Below, one piece after another: positions 40,690 through 54,700 of a stretch of 64,000 bases of DNA. Location of the stretch: assembly GCA_040437565.1 (NCBI GenBank), contig JBDOQK010000066.1, forward strand, positions 1 through 64,000, read 5' to 3'. The notes under the pieces were generated by a model, which was not told where the DNA came from, ran no database searches, and saw only the letters and a list, made by a program, of their open reading frames with translations. The DNA comes from Albugo candida (taxonomy: Eukaryota). Position numbers and translations under genes: made by a program. Every line of letters starts with the position of its first letter. Within the stretch, counting starts at the first letter, position 1.

Positions 40690-42560
40690 ACAACTTAAGT
40701 ACGGATTAAATTTGGGTGTACTTCTTCGGTTCTAACTTATCATAGAACGCAAGTTCCTTTCTGCCAAAAGACGGCACTGCGTTCTGAACACACCTGCATA
40801 AGTTCACTCATGTCCTTCAAAACAGCAACGCATTCTTAACAATACACGCTCTGTTTACACTCTATATCTATACAACAATGCTACAGCGTCATCAAAAAGT
40901 AGTGACGTATCCAATCTGATACAAACAATGTACTGAATCGAATAGGCGACTTGACAAAGCACTCGTACCAGCCAATTCAACAAGAAAATATGACGGTCAC
41001 AATTCTTACTCCACGTGTCACAAGGCGCCAGCTTTAAGCAAGCCGTCACAGATAGATGACTATTTCCCAACTACGTATTATACGGCTGTCGAAGCGTCGA
41101 AAATTACGAGAGAATCGGTCGAATCGATGAAGGAACATACGGCGTCGTGTCAAAGGCTCGCGATAAAAGCTTAGGAGAGATTGTGGCGCTGAAACAAGTG
41201 AAAATGTCGGGTGATCTCTGCAAAGAAGGCTTCCCAGTGACCGCATTACGTGAAACAAACGCGTTATTACAACTCCGACATCCGAATATCATTCACGTTC
41301 GAGAGATGGTTGTCGGCTCGTCCAGTGACAAGATTTACATGGTTATGGAATACGCAGAGAATGATTTGAGAACGCTAATGCAGAAGAAAATGAAGCATAC
41401 GTTCCTGCAGTCTGAAGTGAAAACTATTTTACAAAGTCTTTTGTCCGCTGTAGCGTACATGCACGCTAATTGGTTTATTCATCGCGACCTCAAAACAGCA
41501 AATCTTTTGTATGATAAGAACGGAGTGTTAAAAGTATGCGATTTTGGCTTAGCGAGACAATATGGCGATCCGACACGAAAGTATACGCCGCTGGTTGTGA
41601 CATTATGGTACCGTGCGCCTGAATTACTGCTTGGGACAGAGCGATACTCGACTGCCGTGGATATGTGGTCGGTTGGATGTATTTTTGCAGAATTATTATG
41701 GATGAAGCCGTTATTTGAAGGGCGCGGAGAAATGAACCAACTCGATCAGATTTTTCGCCTTTTGGGACCGCCGACGGAAACGACTTGGCCCGGTTTTGGG
41801 AAGTTGCCACATGCAAGAAGCATTCATTGGTCGAAATACAGAAAGACTTCGGATTGGAGAAGTCACCTTCCTTCGACATTTTATACGAATGGTATCTCGA
41901 ATGCCGGTTTTGACTTGCTTTCCAAGATGCTCACATTGAATCCTGATCGTCGGATTTCCGCTCAAGACGCATTACAACATGAATATTTCCAACAGGATCC
42001 AAAGCCCCAACGTCAAGATCTCATGCCAACCTTTCCATAAGCGCAGCTCAGATCTACCTATTCGCTCATTTTGAGATCAAGTATACAAGGAAATTAGAAT
42101 ATACGAGTTAAATTCATTTGAAAACAGTTTGAAGGAGTGAAAGCTAATGATTGCAAAGATGTTCACANNNNNNNNNNNNNNNNNNNNNNNNNNNNNNNNN
42201 NNNNNNNNNNNNNNNNNNNNNNNNNNNNNNNNNNNNNNNNNNNNNNNNNNNNNNNNNNNNNNNNNNNACATGCACGCTAATTGGTTTATTCATCGTGACC
42301 TCAAAACAGCAAATCTTTTGTATGATAAGAACGGAGTGGTAAAAGTATGCGATTTTGGCTTGGCGAGACAATATGGCGATCCGACACGAAAGTATACGCC
42401 ACTGGTTGTGACATTATGGTACCGTGCGCCTTAATTATTACTTGGGACAGAGCGATACTCGACTGCCGTGGATATGTGGTCGGTTGGATGTATTTTTGCG
42501 GAATTATTGTGGATGAAACCGTTATTTGAAGGGCGCGGAGAATTGAATCAGGTCAGATAC
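40690..42560 (+). pseudogene. Inverted paralog of the CDK11-like gene with a degenerate 5' end; kinase body 41066-42040 and a second fragment 42268-42550 with a stop
   Basis: ATG changed to TTG at about 40951, with indels upstream of the kinase domain. The kinase body is nearly identical to the 19.6-19.8 kb copy. The fragment after the gap reads TLWYRAP-TAA. Confidence 0.75.
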
Positions 42561-42564
42561 CCGT

Positions 42565-42830
42565 GATCAAAGTTGGACACAAGCTCCGGACGAGGTGATG
42601 TACGTTCTCGAGATCGATCTCGAATCATTGTGTGTCGTGGAAATATCGTCCGCTGGTCTATATGTCGAGCGGTCGGTATCAATTTGGAGAAGGAGTATGG
42701 GGCAAGATGTGACATCATCATTGCGGTATCACCGAGTTTGAAATTGATTCTGTTGGCAATGTCCGGTTATCCTCGATGAATCAAACCGGTCATTTACCCC
42801 AGAGATTGATAACCGAGTCATTTTGATGTA
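42565..42830 (+). pseudogene. Inverted 3' fragment of the PGAM5-like phosphatase gene
   Basis: Reverse complement of about 24170-24410 (RDRSRIIVCRGNIVRW..GITEFEIDSVGNVRLSSMNQTGHLP), with a frameshift and a stop. Confidence 0.85.
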
Positions 42831-43508
42831 AACAAAGAGGTTACGGCGCGAAGTTGAATGTTTGTACTCATTAACGTTGAAATTCTGTGAGCCGACATTA
42901 AGCAGGAAAAAGATTCAAGCTTGCTTCTCGGTATCGATAGAGTTCAGCGAGAACTTTGTTAGAGTTTGAGCTCTTTTAACCTTGCTGTTCTCATAGTGTT
43001 TCCACCGTCTGGTGAAACAGAAAAATGTAAACTCGACACATTTCTCGAAAGACCGTATGGCTCAGTGACACAAAGAGGATTACAATTGAAATTTTTTTTA
43101 AAAAATTCATTGTGAAGTGGAACAGACAAGACGTGAAATTACTAGAATTTGCGAAAGACCGGTATGGCTCAAAGACACAGAGAGGATGGAAATGAAATCA
43201 GCTGCTGCTCTCAAGTATTCTGTAATTGGTTTCAATTACCTCCAAAAAATTGCACGATGTCTTTTTAAGCCACCTTGGACGTGTACGTGGAAGAGGATCA
43301 TGACGTAATCAAAATTACATCACAGTTATTACCATCCTCCTGTTATAGTACTAAAATGGACCTTTCCATTTCCCAATCTGATCCACATGCTTAAAGGGAA
43401 GTGAAGGTGACGAATTAACGGAGCTCCATGTGGAGAATAAATAGCGCTATTTTCAACAGAGACAACTTGCATTCCTCTTTATCACTTTAAAACTGAGATG
43501 AGTACTTT

Positions 43509-46500
43509 TGTTAGCGAACGCGTAGTGTTGGCGGTGATAAAATGAATTCTGTTTGTTTTATTGGAATGTTAAACCTGCACCCTACCTAGTCCCTAGTTGT
43601 CTCTCCTACCATCCGTTCTTGAGGTCTGGCTTGCCAACCGTTCCTCATGCTGCATCAACTCTCACTGATCCATCCTGCAAGGGAACTCCTGATACCATCA
43701 TAGAAAAACAAAATGACTTTAGATAGTGAAAGCGTACCTCATGTTCAACATGTCCATCTTCAACACTCCTCCTCGCAGTCGCATCGCAGTCGTAACAGCT
43801 AATGCAAACCCACTAGCGACCGCAACATTTCGAGCTCGTGCTGGTCAGTTACCTTGGTCAACAGGTCAGCAAGCACGAGCTCAGCTGAGCATAGCACGGA
43901 TCCAGCATGCCACGACGGGCAAATTTCTTCACAAACTTGAGGCGCACATCGATATGTTTTGCTCTCATGAACGAAGCTTCATCCTCAATCTGGTGGATAG
44001 CCGCTTGATTATCCACATGCATCTTCATGGGCAGAGACGGTGCAACTCCCACTTACATCAGTATTTACCTTATCTCAAGGAGCTCGAGCGCCGTTTCGGA
44101 CGCTGCCACAAACTCAGACTCAATCGTCGAAATCAAAACTCCTCCTTGCTTTTTTTTACCGACCAGATTACGGGCATTCCATTGAGCAACACCATCGCTC
44201 CAGCCAAAGACTTCCTGTCACCCTTCTCCGCTGCGAAGTCTGCGTCGCTATATGAACCTAGCGTAACAGCATCTTCACCATCAGTACTGGCATGCATCTC
44301 TAGCCTTTTATTCTTGCTTTCCGAAAGCTACCTTGCAATTTTCTTGGCCAATTCAGTCTTGCTCCCGCGGCTAATGAGTTTGAAGCGTTTCCTTGTGTAC
44401 CGCGAACGTGATATCTGTGAAAGTGTACCGCGCAACCCACAACAAACTTCCAACGAGGGACTAAAAACGACCGGATTGACGGTTTTTCAGGCTCTGCGTC
44501 CTTCAACAGCAAGATACTTTCCGTTCTGACTACGTCATAGAACTCCTCCCCGATCGGTGTACGCGGTGGATTCGCCGACGCCAAAACGTGTTCCCGGAGC
44601 AGCACTTGTATCGCCTCCTTCTTATTCAGAGCATAGGATTGCGGATCGAGCGCCCTAAGTCGAATTTTTAGATATTTGGACAACTCTCCCAGGTTCTTAA
44701 TTAAAAGCGATTCCATCGCTGCACAAAATAATCGACCGATGTAGCCTTTGTCGCCGTAATTAGGAAATCTTCGACGTACACGCCAACTACAGTCATATCA
44801 TCACCGTCGCGCTTGTAGTACAGGAAAAAATCACTGATGCACTGTTCAAATCCTGATTCCTTAAGTCTCGAATGCAATAGCTGGCTCCATAGTCTTCCTG
44901 TCTGTTTCAGCTCAAACGGGCTTTTCTTCAACTCGAGTGCGACTTCACATGCACTGGACACTCCAAGTTCCTTGAATTTTTCTGCATTGATCTTCATGCC
45001 TTTTGGTACGTGGAGAAATATCTCAAAATGCTCCTCTTTGTTAGCCTTTACATAGGCATTGGGAATGTCGCCATGTTTTGCAGGTATACCCAATGGCGCC
45101 GCAAGTCCCAGGATCACTTTCATCGTTGACATGTCTTTAACGGCGGCGAAGGTCAACGATTAGTGAGCACCGAAAACTTGTTGATCTCCGCATGCAACGA
45201 GTCGTCCCTTTAGTCGTTCCACTGCACCGTTTTCGTCTGTCTTGTACACCCACTTACTGTGCAGCATTTTTACAGAGGCTGGTCGCCTGATCACGTTCCA
45301 AAGTTCGCTGGACTCAAGCTCCTTTCTCCAAGCATTGCCATGCTCCAACCTTCATCCTTTGGGATGAGCATCGCCTCAGCATGCGTCTTCGGGTCAGTTT
45401 CGTATACTTGTCGCACGGTGGCTAGATCAATCTTCGTGGACATTCTTTCTTGATTCTACTGCTTAGTTGACCCACGTGTGGAATAGGGGTCAAGCGTCGA
45501 CGTCTTGAGCTTGACGTTTTCCTTCTTTTCATCATCACCAATGTCTTTATAAGTGATCTGTGAGTCTTCTTGAGAGTTTCCATCATGGTCTTCTCGCTGC
45601 ACTCTAAGTTTTAGTTGCTTGTTCTGCAAATCCAAAGCGTTTGAATATTCTCGAAGTTTTGCTTCACAACGAAGACGTCCTCCTTGCGTATATACACTCG
45701 ATATCCTTTGGTCTCGTTGCTGCGCCGGATGTTCATGACAACCTGGGCTCGATGATCGTGTGAATTCTTCTTCGGGTCAAGGTATACGGTACACATGGAG
45801 CCAAATTCAACGATATCGCGTAGGTCTGGAACTTGCTGTGTCAGCACCTCGATTGGGGAAGCAAGCCCGTGGTTCGATTTTGTAGGACTGGGATCAAATA
45901 TGTACGCCGAGTACTCAACCGCGTCATCCCAGAAAGACAGTGGGAGGTTGCTTCCGAACATCATCGAGCGCGTCATATTTCCCATTGTACGGTACATGAG
46001 CTCTGCTTTGCCATTTGACGCTTGATTTCGCGCCTCGATGACCTGTATCGCCACGCCGGATATCTTGCATAGTAAGTACACGTTCTGATACACACCGCCG
46101 CCATTGGTTCGAAGCACATGTACCCGGAAATTGATACGTTTCTTGAAGAACGCCAAGAACTCCTTGAACTTCTATGCCGCTTGGTGCTTGGTACGCGCGA
46201 GGAAAACGCGACAGTAGATACTCTTGTGATCAACAAATATGACGAGGGACCGATTTCGCATTCGGTGCTTTGGTTTCATCGGTCCTTTTAAGTCCGAGCA
46301 AATCACACCACCAATGCGATCAATCGGTGAATCCACCCCGGTGTTCTGGGCTGCACATTTTTGGCCTATTTTGCTTGCGCACGCGTGACATATGTCTTTC
46401 GTTGATGATCAGTAAGTCTTATCTTGGATCCAGGTTCCCGCGTCATTAGTTCAATTGTGTCATAAGAGAGGTGACATAAACGTTGATGGATGTGCATTAG

Positions 46501-48499
46501 GGTCCCCGCATGCACACCTACATCACCTTCCCGCTCCTTAATTTGTAGTCATAACCTCACCGGCCTCTTTTAAACCTGTTATCAAGTCTTGGGGCTCCGG
46601 ATGTAACACGTTGTTATGCATCGACACGCCGATATAACGTCCCCGGTAGTGGGCGGTATATAATCGATCGACAAGCATCTCTGTATTTGAGCGCGTAGCC
46701 TTTTAGGTAAAGTATGTCATAGGACACGATCTTTCGAGTCAGCATCGGTGCATAGTAGACTTCAGTAAGTTGAATTTTAGTTGGTCTTCCACGTGACATC
46801 ACGCGAAGAACCACACTTCCGATCATTGTTAAGTGAAGTGGCTTTCCATCGGCGACCAAGCATTGGTCTTCACACTTGAGGCCATCTTCGAGCAGTGCAC
46901 TGTTGTTCAGTAGGTGCCTGCTGGAACCGCTATCTTGGGCCTTCCCATCTTGTACACACAGAATGTAGTTGACAACATCCTTGGTTTTAGTAATGTTACG
47001 CCAAGCTCCCTTGGCATCGTTGGATCTCTTTGACTTCTTCTTTTCTTCAGGACCCAGGGCTTGAACGTGCCCAACCTTGCCACATCCATAACACGTGCGC
47101 GTGTCAACGCGTGACTTATGTTCGAAAACATAGGACACTACGTCCTTACCAAACGAAGCACCACTTCGAGTCTCAACTCCACAGACCACGCGAAATGTGC
47201 GAGCTGTTCGCCTTGTGCAAGTTACACAACCCGGTTTCCGTCGTACTGTGTCATAAGTACCGTCTGAAGATCACGTGATGCATAGTGCGCAATGTTGTCC
47301 AGTACCTGCGCGTGAGCGCCACCTCATGCAACACTCACGGCCACCAAGTAGAGGTAATTCTCGGTCTACCTCCTCTGGAGTCTTTCTTTGCCATGAACAG
47401 TTTCATCGACTGGGTAGCAGTGATAGTAGTCTTGAAAGTCTGATGGAAGCGTTCCATGACGTGCGCGAGAGTCGAAAACTGTCCCCACCAAGTATCGACC
47501 TGCTTGTTGTAGGACAGCTCGGCGGTACCACACAGATAGGGCCCCAGCAAGTTCGTTCTCACGTCTTTGGACCAGTCGAAGCCACAGGCCACTTGTGCGT
47601 ACTGGATCTGTTTCATGAGTGTCCTGCCGCAATCGAGTAAACCGGAGCCCAATCCTCGATACGGCTCTGAGCCATTAAACATTCGAATCGTCAGTCTTCT
47701 TTGACGCTCATCTGGCACCCGCATTGCATGTTGAGCGTCCAGCTCCATTCAGCGCGCGTATTCTTGCGCTGCCGCGTAATCCATGTTCGAATACGGAGTA
47801 CGCAACGGTGCTGCTGCTTCCGCAGCTCGTCATTCTGGCTAAATCGCGTTTCTTCCTGCACCATGCTGTACCATGTTCGGGCGAACTCGGCCAACTCTTG
47901 GACGCACCGGTGAATGCTCGAGCTCATTGATGTGCATCGGTGCACCATCACGACCTAGTCTCAGCGCCAAGCGGAACATTACTAACTCCATCGCGCGCAT
48001 CATCCATTCGTCTTCATCACGCTTCAGCTTCGAAACCTTTATCTGCGTCATCCTTGCTTGGAGGTCGGCGAGGGCTGCGAGTGTTTGGTGTTAACATCAT
48101 TGCCCCTATCTTGGACCGTCGTTTCAGCTTGAACTACCGCTGGAGACGCCGTGGCTTTTTCGTTACCGGCGTCAAAGCTGACTGGAGATGTTGCGCTTGG
48201 CACGCCATCAGAGCCAGTCGTTGGGATCATAACCTGTTATCAAACTCGTTGTGTTGGCAGTGGTAGAATGAATACTTTTGTTTTATTGGAAAGCTAAACC
48301 TGCACCCTAGTCCCTAGTTGTCTTGCCTACCATCCGTTCTTAAGGTCTTGCTTGCCAACCGTTCTTCGTGCTGCATCAACTCTCACTGATCACGCACCCC
48401 TACCCATCCTGCCAGGAGACTGCTGATACCATCATAGGAAAACAAAATGACCGTAGATAGTGAAAGCGTACCTCATGTCCAACATGTCAATATTTTACA
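43509..48499 (-). mobile_element. Ty1/copia LTR retrotransposon, decayed
   Basis: TG..CA LTRs (43509-43765 and 48235-48499), target-site duplication ACTTT/ATTTT, PBS GGTTATGATCCCAA and PPT CGAGGAGGAG. Remnants of gag, CYGCGKVGH knuckle, DSGSSRHL, integrase, RT (VYVED) and RNase H (DNQAAI, KHIDVR). Confidence 0.93.
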
Positions 48500-48889
48500 A
48501 TTTTCCGGTTAGATAGATTGCTCACAATGGTAGGCGACTCAACTTTGAGAATAACTTACCTTCAATTATTTCTTTTCGAGATTAAGCTTCAAGGAATGTA
48601 CACGGTTCTTGTTAATGCGAAATTTGGAAATGTATCGTAAATTACATCGGTGTTGGTCTAATCACATTGCCAGAAGACGCCTATCAAGAGAATTCCGAAC
48701 GCCTTTTAAAAGCATTCCGAACGTCTCAAACATTAAAATGACATTTTAGATTAAGAGTGCAACCAGATCGAAGATGGATTTCGCGATTGTATTGAAAATA
48801 TAGAAGAATCAACCGTCACATCCAGTATTATTCATCGTATCTAATGCTGTGACTGTCGACATCGCCGAAACCACGTCAGATGAACGATA

Positions 48890-51436
48890 TCCCTAGGTTC
48901 GACATATCCGAACGCCTTCGCTGTCTTAGACCTCTAATAGCGAAGGAAACAAATCAAAACGAACGGAAGTTCGTTGAGACAAGTAATAACATCGTTTGCT
49001 CAAGGTACTCTTTTCATGTGCGATCAAATGCACTCGTATCCTAATATATTCCTACCGAGCGCAAAGTTATCTTATGTACCACATATTGACTGAAAAATAT
49101 GACTAGTTGACTATATTTGACGCCGACCAGCATGGAAGCTGTGATATGAACTATTTCTAAAGGTTTCGTGGAAGCATGTTTCTCAACAATCAGTACCTAT
49201 GCGCACACATCGTCGAGGAAGACGTACACAATGCAAGGTGGCGACGCCGATGACACTAAGGGTCACATAACTGTACCAAGTACATCTGATACTTATTCAA
49301 ATGCAGGTATAGCGCCGATACAAACCTGGAAATCATCACCGGGCTTAAAATATATATGGAGCAAGTGTAACGAATGAAATTTCAGGTAAGAGAAAATAAG
49401 CGGTGTTGTTTCTTTATCGAGTGCATGGTCGAGATTATTGTCCCTAGTCTAGCAGAATTCATGCTTCGCGTGATGCAAAGGAGCAATAAGCGTGCTATCG
49501 CCGCTGCCACCAAAATGCAGCTCACGTAGCCACACCGTTCTTAGACAGGGTCATAGAGCATGATGAAGCCCAGGTGGGTCAAATGGGAATAACTCTACCT
49601 TGTGGATATAGTCGGATCTGAATGCTGAGGAAGACTGAAGCTGTTGGAAGACGACGCGAGGAGTCCAAGATGTTTAATGGAAGGTTGTCTACCCTCAGAA
49701 AAGTTATATGAATCATTTGCCGTATCGAGATTTCAAACTCCCTCGGTTTTTTTCAAGACTCTCTTGGTGGAGATCCACGGACAAAGTTGATTGTCAACAA
49801 CATATCGTGCAGCTAATCGGATTCAGCTGAGACTTTTTAGATCTTCAATCGTGCAAGAATGAGCCAAAACGAAGCAGTCATACATGAGCACCAGAGTGTC
49901 GATGACTTGATGCATACTATGGAACGCTGCAGAAAGATTTTATAGTTGAAGAAGAATTGTGTCAACGCGCTGAAAAATCTCTAGAGTGCATCTCGACTTA
50001 TGAAGGTTTATCAGCAAGCAGAGATCATTAATACTCAGGAATGAAAAGTGCAACTCAAGTGCTCATGATACAGCTATGGTATCGAACACAACTACTATAG
50101 AGGCTTTTCGACAACTCCGGAGGACATTTACAAAACTGCAAGACAAGTTTCTAACTAGAATATGATCGAAGAGAGTGTGGAATTGGAGATTTGAATACTC
50201 ATCGCGATAGCAAAGCTGATTGATGGAGTTTTTTAGGCTATTTGGATGGAATCTAACGAGTAGAACAAGATAGTAGTGGCGAAATCGGGACTCGTCTTGC
50301 AAGAAAGAGACATTCAGTACTCAATCCAATAACTATTCACTACAATCCGTGTGGGACGAGCTGACAATGCATGCAAAAAAGCTACAATAGCAGGTCGATC
50401 TTCTGGCATCACATGAACGGAAGGTTCCAAGCTTGTATGATAATGTAGGAATGCAGTATCTGTTGCGGAGATACTGTAGCTCTTTGCTAGAGGAAGTCTT
50501 TCTGCTCGACGAGCAATTATGCTCTCTCAAAGAACACGATTCAGCGAGCCAACAAGCTTAAGGGCGCAAGGTCCTTGTATAAAGGACCTAATGAATCAGA
50601 GAATCAACAACACGAGGTGTTCAGGACTCTACACCTTNNNNNNNNNNNNNNNNNNNNNNNNNNNNNNNNNNNNNNNNNNNNNNNNNNNNNNNNNNNNNNN
50701 NNNNNNNNNNNNNNNNNNNNNNNNNNNNNNNNNNNNNTTTATAGTTGAAGAAGAATTGTGTCAACGCGCTGAAAAATCTCTAGAGTGCATCTCGACTTAT
50801 GAAGGTTTATCAGCAAGCAGAGATCATTAATACTCAGGAATGAAAAGTGCAACTCAAGTGCTCATGATACAGCTATGGTATCGAACACAACTACTATAGA
50901 GGCTTTTCGACAACTCCGGAGGACATTTACAAAACTGCAAGACAAGTTTCTAACTAGAATATGATCGAAGAGAGTGTGGAATTGGAGATTTGAATACTCA
51001 TCGCGATAGCAAAGCTGATTGATGGAGTTTTTTAGGCTATTTGGATGGAATCTAACGAGTAGAACAAGATAGTAGTGGCGAAATCGGGACTCGTCTTGCA
51101 AGAAAGAGACATTCAGTACTCAATCCAATAACTATTCACTACAATCCGTGTGGGACGAGCTGACAATGCATGCAAAAAAGCTACAATAGCAGGTCGATCT
51201 TCTGGCATCACATGAACGGAAGGTTCCAAGCTTGTATGATAATGTAGGAATGCAGTATCTGTTGCGGAGATACTGTAGCTCTTTGCTAGAGGAAGTCTTT
51301 CTGCTCGACGAGCAATTATGCTCTCTCAAAGAACACGATTCAGCGAGCCAACAAGCTTAAGGGCGCAAGGTCCTTGTATAAAGGACCTAATGAATCAGAG
51401 AATCAACAACACGAGGTGTTCAGGACTCTACACCTT
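48890..51436 (+). pseudogene. Decayed kinesin motor and stalk; inverted paralog of the left kinesin relic
   Basis: RPLIAKE (about 48930), P-loop relic TISTYAHTSSRKTYTMQG (about 49190-49240), KLYLVDIVGSE (about 49590-49622) and PYRD..QDSLGG (about 49720-49770). Homologous in reverse to about 14000-14800. Confidence 0.8.
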
Positions 51437-51439
51437 CAC

Positions 51440-51743
51440 AAAAGGTTGACCGACTATTATAAGATCCGAGACGCCTTATTTACAAGACACGTGTCTCTAA
51501 CAGTTCTAAAGTGGAACTGCCTTTATTTTCTTTATATATAGAAGAATAAGTTACTTTAAACGTACCTAATCTAGACACTAATGTCCTAAATTAGTTCCTT
51601 GTAAGTTCTTTTTGTTTGGTGGCTACAAGTCGCCAGACCTCACAAATTGACAAGGTATTCCGATATCTATATCAATGGGAAAGCGTCTCGAATGCGTACC
51701 ACACTGTCAGAACAGTTACTAACCGACGTGTAACCCCGTTACA
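51440..51743 (-). mobile_element. Gypsy-family LTR fragment in reverse orientation
   Basis: Starts TGTAACGGGGTTACA on the minus strand and matches the LTR beginning at 56203. Confidence 0.7.
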
Positions 51744-54700
51744 CGCTTTGTGCCTGTACCAGTCGCAGAGGCTAAGCCTCGTCCAGCTAAGTTGGGAGTT
51801 AGACTCTACTCCGGGAAAGAGAGGGAAAACCTAGTCCTCTCGATCCGTGAGCTAGAAATTGCCATGAAGTCTGGCATGATCTCAGTTGAGCATCCGCGTC
51901 TCTCGCTGGCGGTCAACAAGAGCGATGGTAGAGCTAGAGAATGAGCACTGACGTGCGGTACGTCAGTGGACATGGCGTTCCCAACATGGGATTCGATAAA
52001 GTTACAACTTACGCGCGCCTGTGCGCCGCATAACCAGACATATCGCGTGCGCTCACGCTTATCGTCTACCCGTCAGGGTAAGAATGAATTGTCGGACTAT
52101 GTCCAAGAGTTGAGAACACTCATAGCTGCTATGAAAAGTGACCCTCTTCCTGAGGTGATCCGTGTGAGCGTGTTCATGGAAGAGCTTTGTACTAGCGTTG
52201 CCAGAACCGAAGTATTCCGAGTACACCCGTCTAGCTTTGATGAAGCGGTCGATATAGCTCAAAATGCTGAGCTCAACTTCAAGTTAGCTAGACTTGGTTG
52301 GAATGGGTATAACCCAAGCTCTATGAGTACATCAGCTTTTTAAAGCCTGAATCTATGGACCTTAGCAACGCTCAAGGTGAGGGAGAAGCTGGCTCAAGTT
52401 GCTAAGCAATACCGCGAGACCCTTCGATGCCGTTCGTGCGAAAGCACCAAGTACCTGCGTCCCATGTGTCGTTTGCGCAAAAAGCGCCATAATCATATGA
52501 TTCGAGTAACTAGAGGTCTTGTATGGCGTCAATACCCTGTAGGCGCGGGGCGCCCTAATGGGGAATACGTATGTTATGTGGGACATCCAGGAGGTAGAGG
52601 TGAGAAGGGCTTAGCCCCAAAGAGCTCTGTGCCTGCTAGCACGGAGCGTGGATAAAAGCCAAGCTTGTTAGTCGCATAAGTGACTGTGGAGAACTTTGAA
52701 AACCATGGTCGACTTTGATGGACTACGGAGCGTCTTTCAATTACGCTCGGCGTCGTTCCCTGGATGGGGGTCAGCGATACGATGAGGCACTTAAAGCGCA
52801 TGAAGATGATCCGATCTCTAATCGCTCAGCGACTGGGACTCGTGTCACCGTGCCTAANNNNNNNNNNNNNNNNNNNNNNNNNNNNNNNNNNNNNNNNNNN
52901 NNNNNNNNNNNNNNNNNNNNNNNNNNNNNNNNNNNNNNNNNNNNNNNNNNNNNNNNNCTCTATTAGGCACATGATACTGCGTTTAGCGGTCTTTTCGGTC
53001 GTGAGAAAATCTATAGCTCAGTGAGCCAAGACTTTTGGTGGCCCAGACTCTTTAAATGGGTAAGTACATACATGCGTACGTGTGAACTGTGTCAACGCGT
53101 TAAACTTTTCGCACATGCGGCTGCGCCACTAGCTACTTTACCTGTACCCAAAAGTTATTGGGCGTTCGTTAGTATGGATGTATGGATTTTGTGCTAGGCC
53201 TACCACAAGATTCGAATGGCAATACGGGTATTGTGTTCTTTGTTGACAGTTTGAGCAAGATGGATCATTCAGAGGCTGTAGTGGACTCCATCGATGGTTC
53301 AGGTACAGCTACGCTGTTTGTCGATTAAGTGTTCCGCCAATACGGTTTGCCCGTGGTATTTATCTCCGATAGAGATCCTAGCTTCGCTGGGGAGTTTTAG
53401 AAATCGATCTTCAAGGTTCGTGGCACCCGATTGTACATGTCCACTGCAGATCATCCGCGGACCGATGGGTAAAATTATCGAGTTAATCGCTTTATCGGTG
53501 ATATCTTACGCAGCATTTGAGCTGATACATTCAAGTATTGGAGCTCTATGCTCCCTGTTGTTGCGTTTGCGTTAGGCACCTCTTTTCATGCCTCTACCGG
53601 CTATACTCCGTTCTACGTGAACGGACTCATCCACCCTCTCGTTCCATAAAAGCTATCACCACGTGATTCAGGGCTTGGTGGGGGAGACATGGCCGATCGG
53701 CTTGCTGATTCAGACCCGCTACTATTCAGAAATAGGTTAACGAGTTTCTTGCAACGCGATTAAATGTCTTACGGCATGTGCGTGAGACAATTGCTGAAAG
53801 CCAATACCGACAAAAGGAACAAGCTGTTGCTAAAACGGAGGTTGTATCGAAGTTACGATTTCAGAGAACAGGTATTACTCAATATTAAAAATCTATCTAC
53901 AAATGTAGTGTCCGCTAACTTCAAGAAAAATTGCGACCACGATTCACTGGACCGTTCACGGTCATGGCTAATAGGAGCCTTGCTGGGGCCCGTACCCTGA
54001 TCAGTCGGTTAAGCACTTGAGCGCACGGACCCCCTGCCGGAGGTTGTTAGTCCGATCCCCGGCAGTGTGGGCAGCGGTTTGAGCCCACCCAAGAAATAAG
54101 CTTGGAAAATATCTGCCTCCCTAGGTTTGGAGTCAGACTCAAGTGATAATCACACGGTCAGGGGCTCATGATAGGATAAGGAAGGTAGTTAAATAACCAA
54201 ATAAACAGTGTAATGAAATCCTTGACAAAAAAAAATAGGGGCCTTGCTTACAAGCTTAACCCTCCGCGCCAATTGCGCACACACCCAGTGTTTTACGTTG
54301 GCCCACTCAAGCCGTATCGGGATCCGTCCCACTTTGACTTCGAGGGACTTGTGCCGCGTCGCTTGGTCTTGCCACAAGCTGCTGCGTCCGAACAAGGGGG
54401 TCAAGCTGAGCCCCAACCCAAGTTTGGACATGCTACAACGCCTCAAGGCGAGTCTCTACCGCGTCAAGGGCTCGCTGGGTGTGACCCAAAGCCTCTCGGA
54501 GAAATGTCACTTCGTGAACCAGCTTCTTTTGGTCCTCCACCGATACACCGGCCGCCACCGGCGTTGCTTGAGGAGAAAGGGAACTTACAATTCCATGTTA
54601 CGAGGATCCTCACGAAACGTCGTCATCATGGCCAAAACAAGTATTTGGTGTGGGAGTAGGAGATACCCCTTCGGCAAGATTGCCCATATGCCTTGGATCT

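Noticed and set aside
43000-43220. Two diverged copies of GAAAGACCG(G)TATGGCTCA..GAGGAT about 105 bp apart
   Set aside because: A simple degenerate tandem duplication; not a CRISPR-like array and no function is evident.
43726-44529. 267-aa plus-strand ORF and similar long ORFs within the retrotransposons
   Set aside because: These are antisense shadows of copia RT/RNase H coding sequence.
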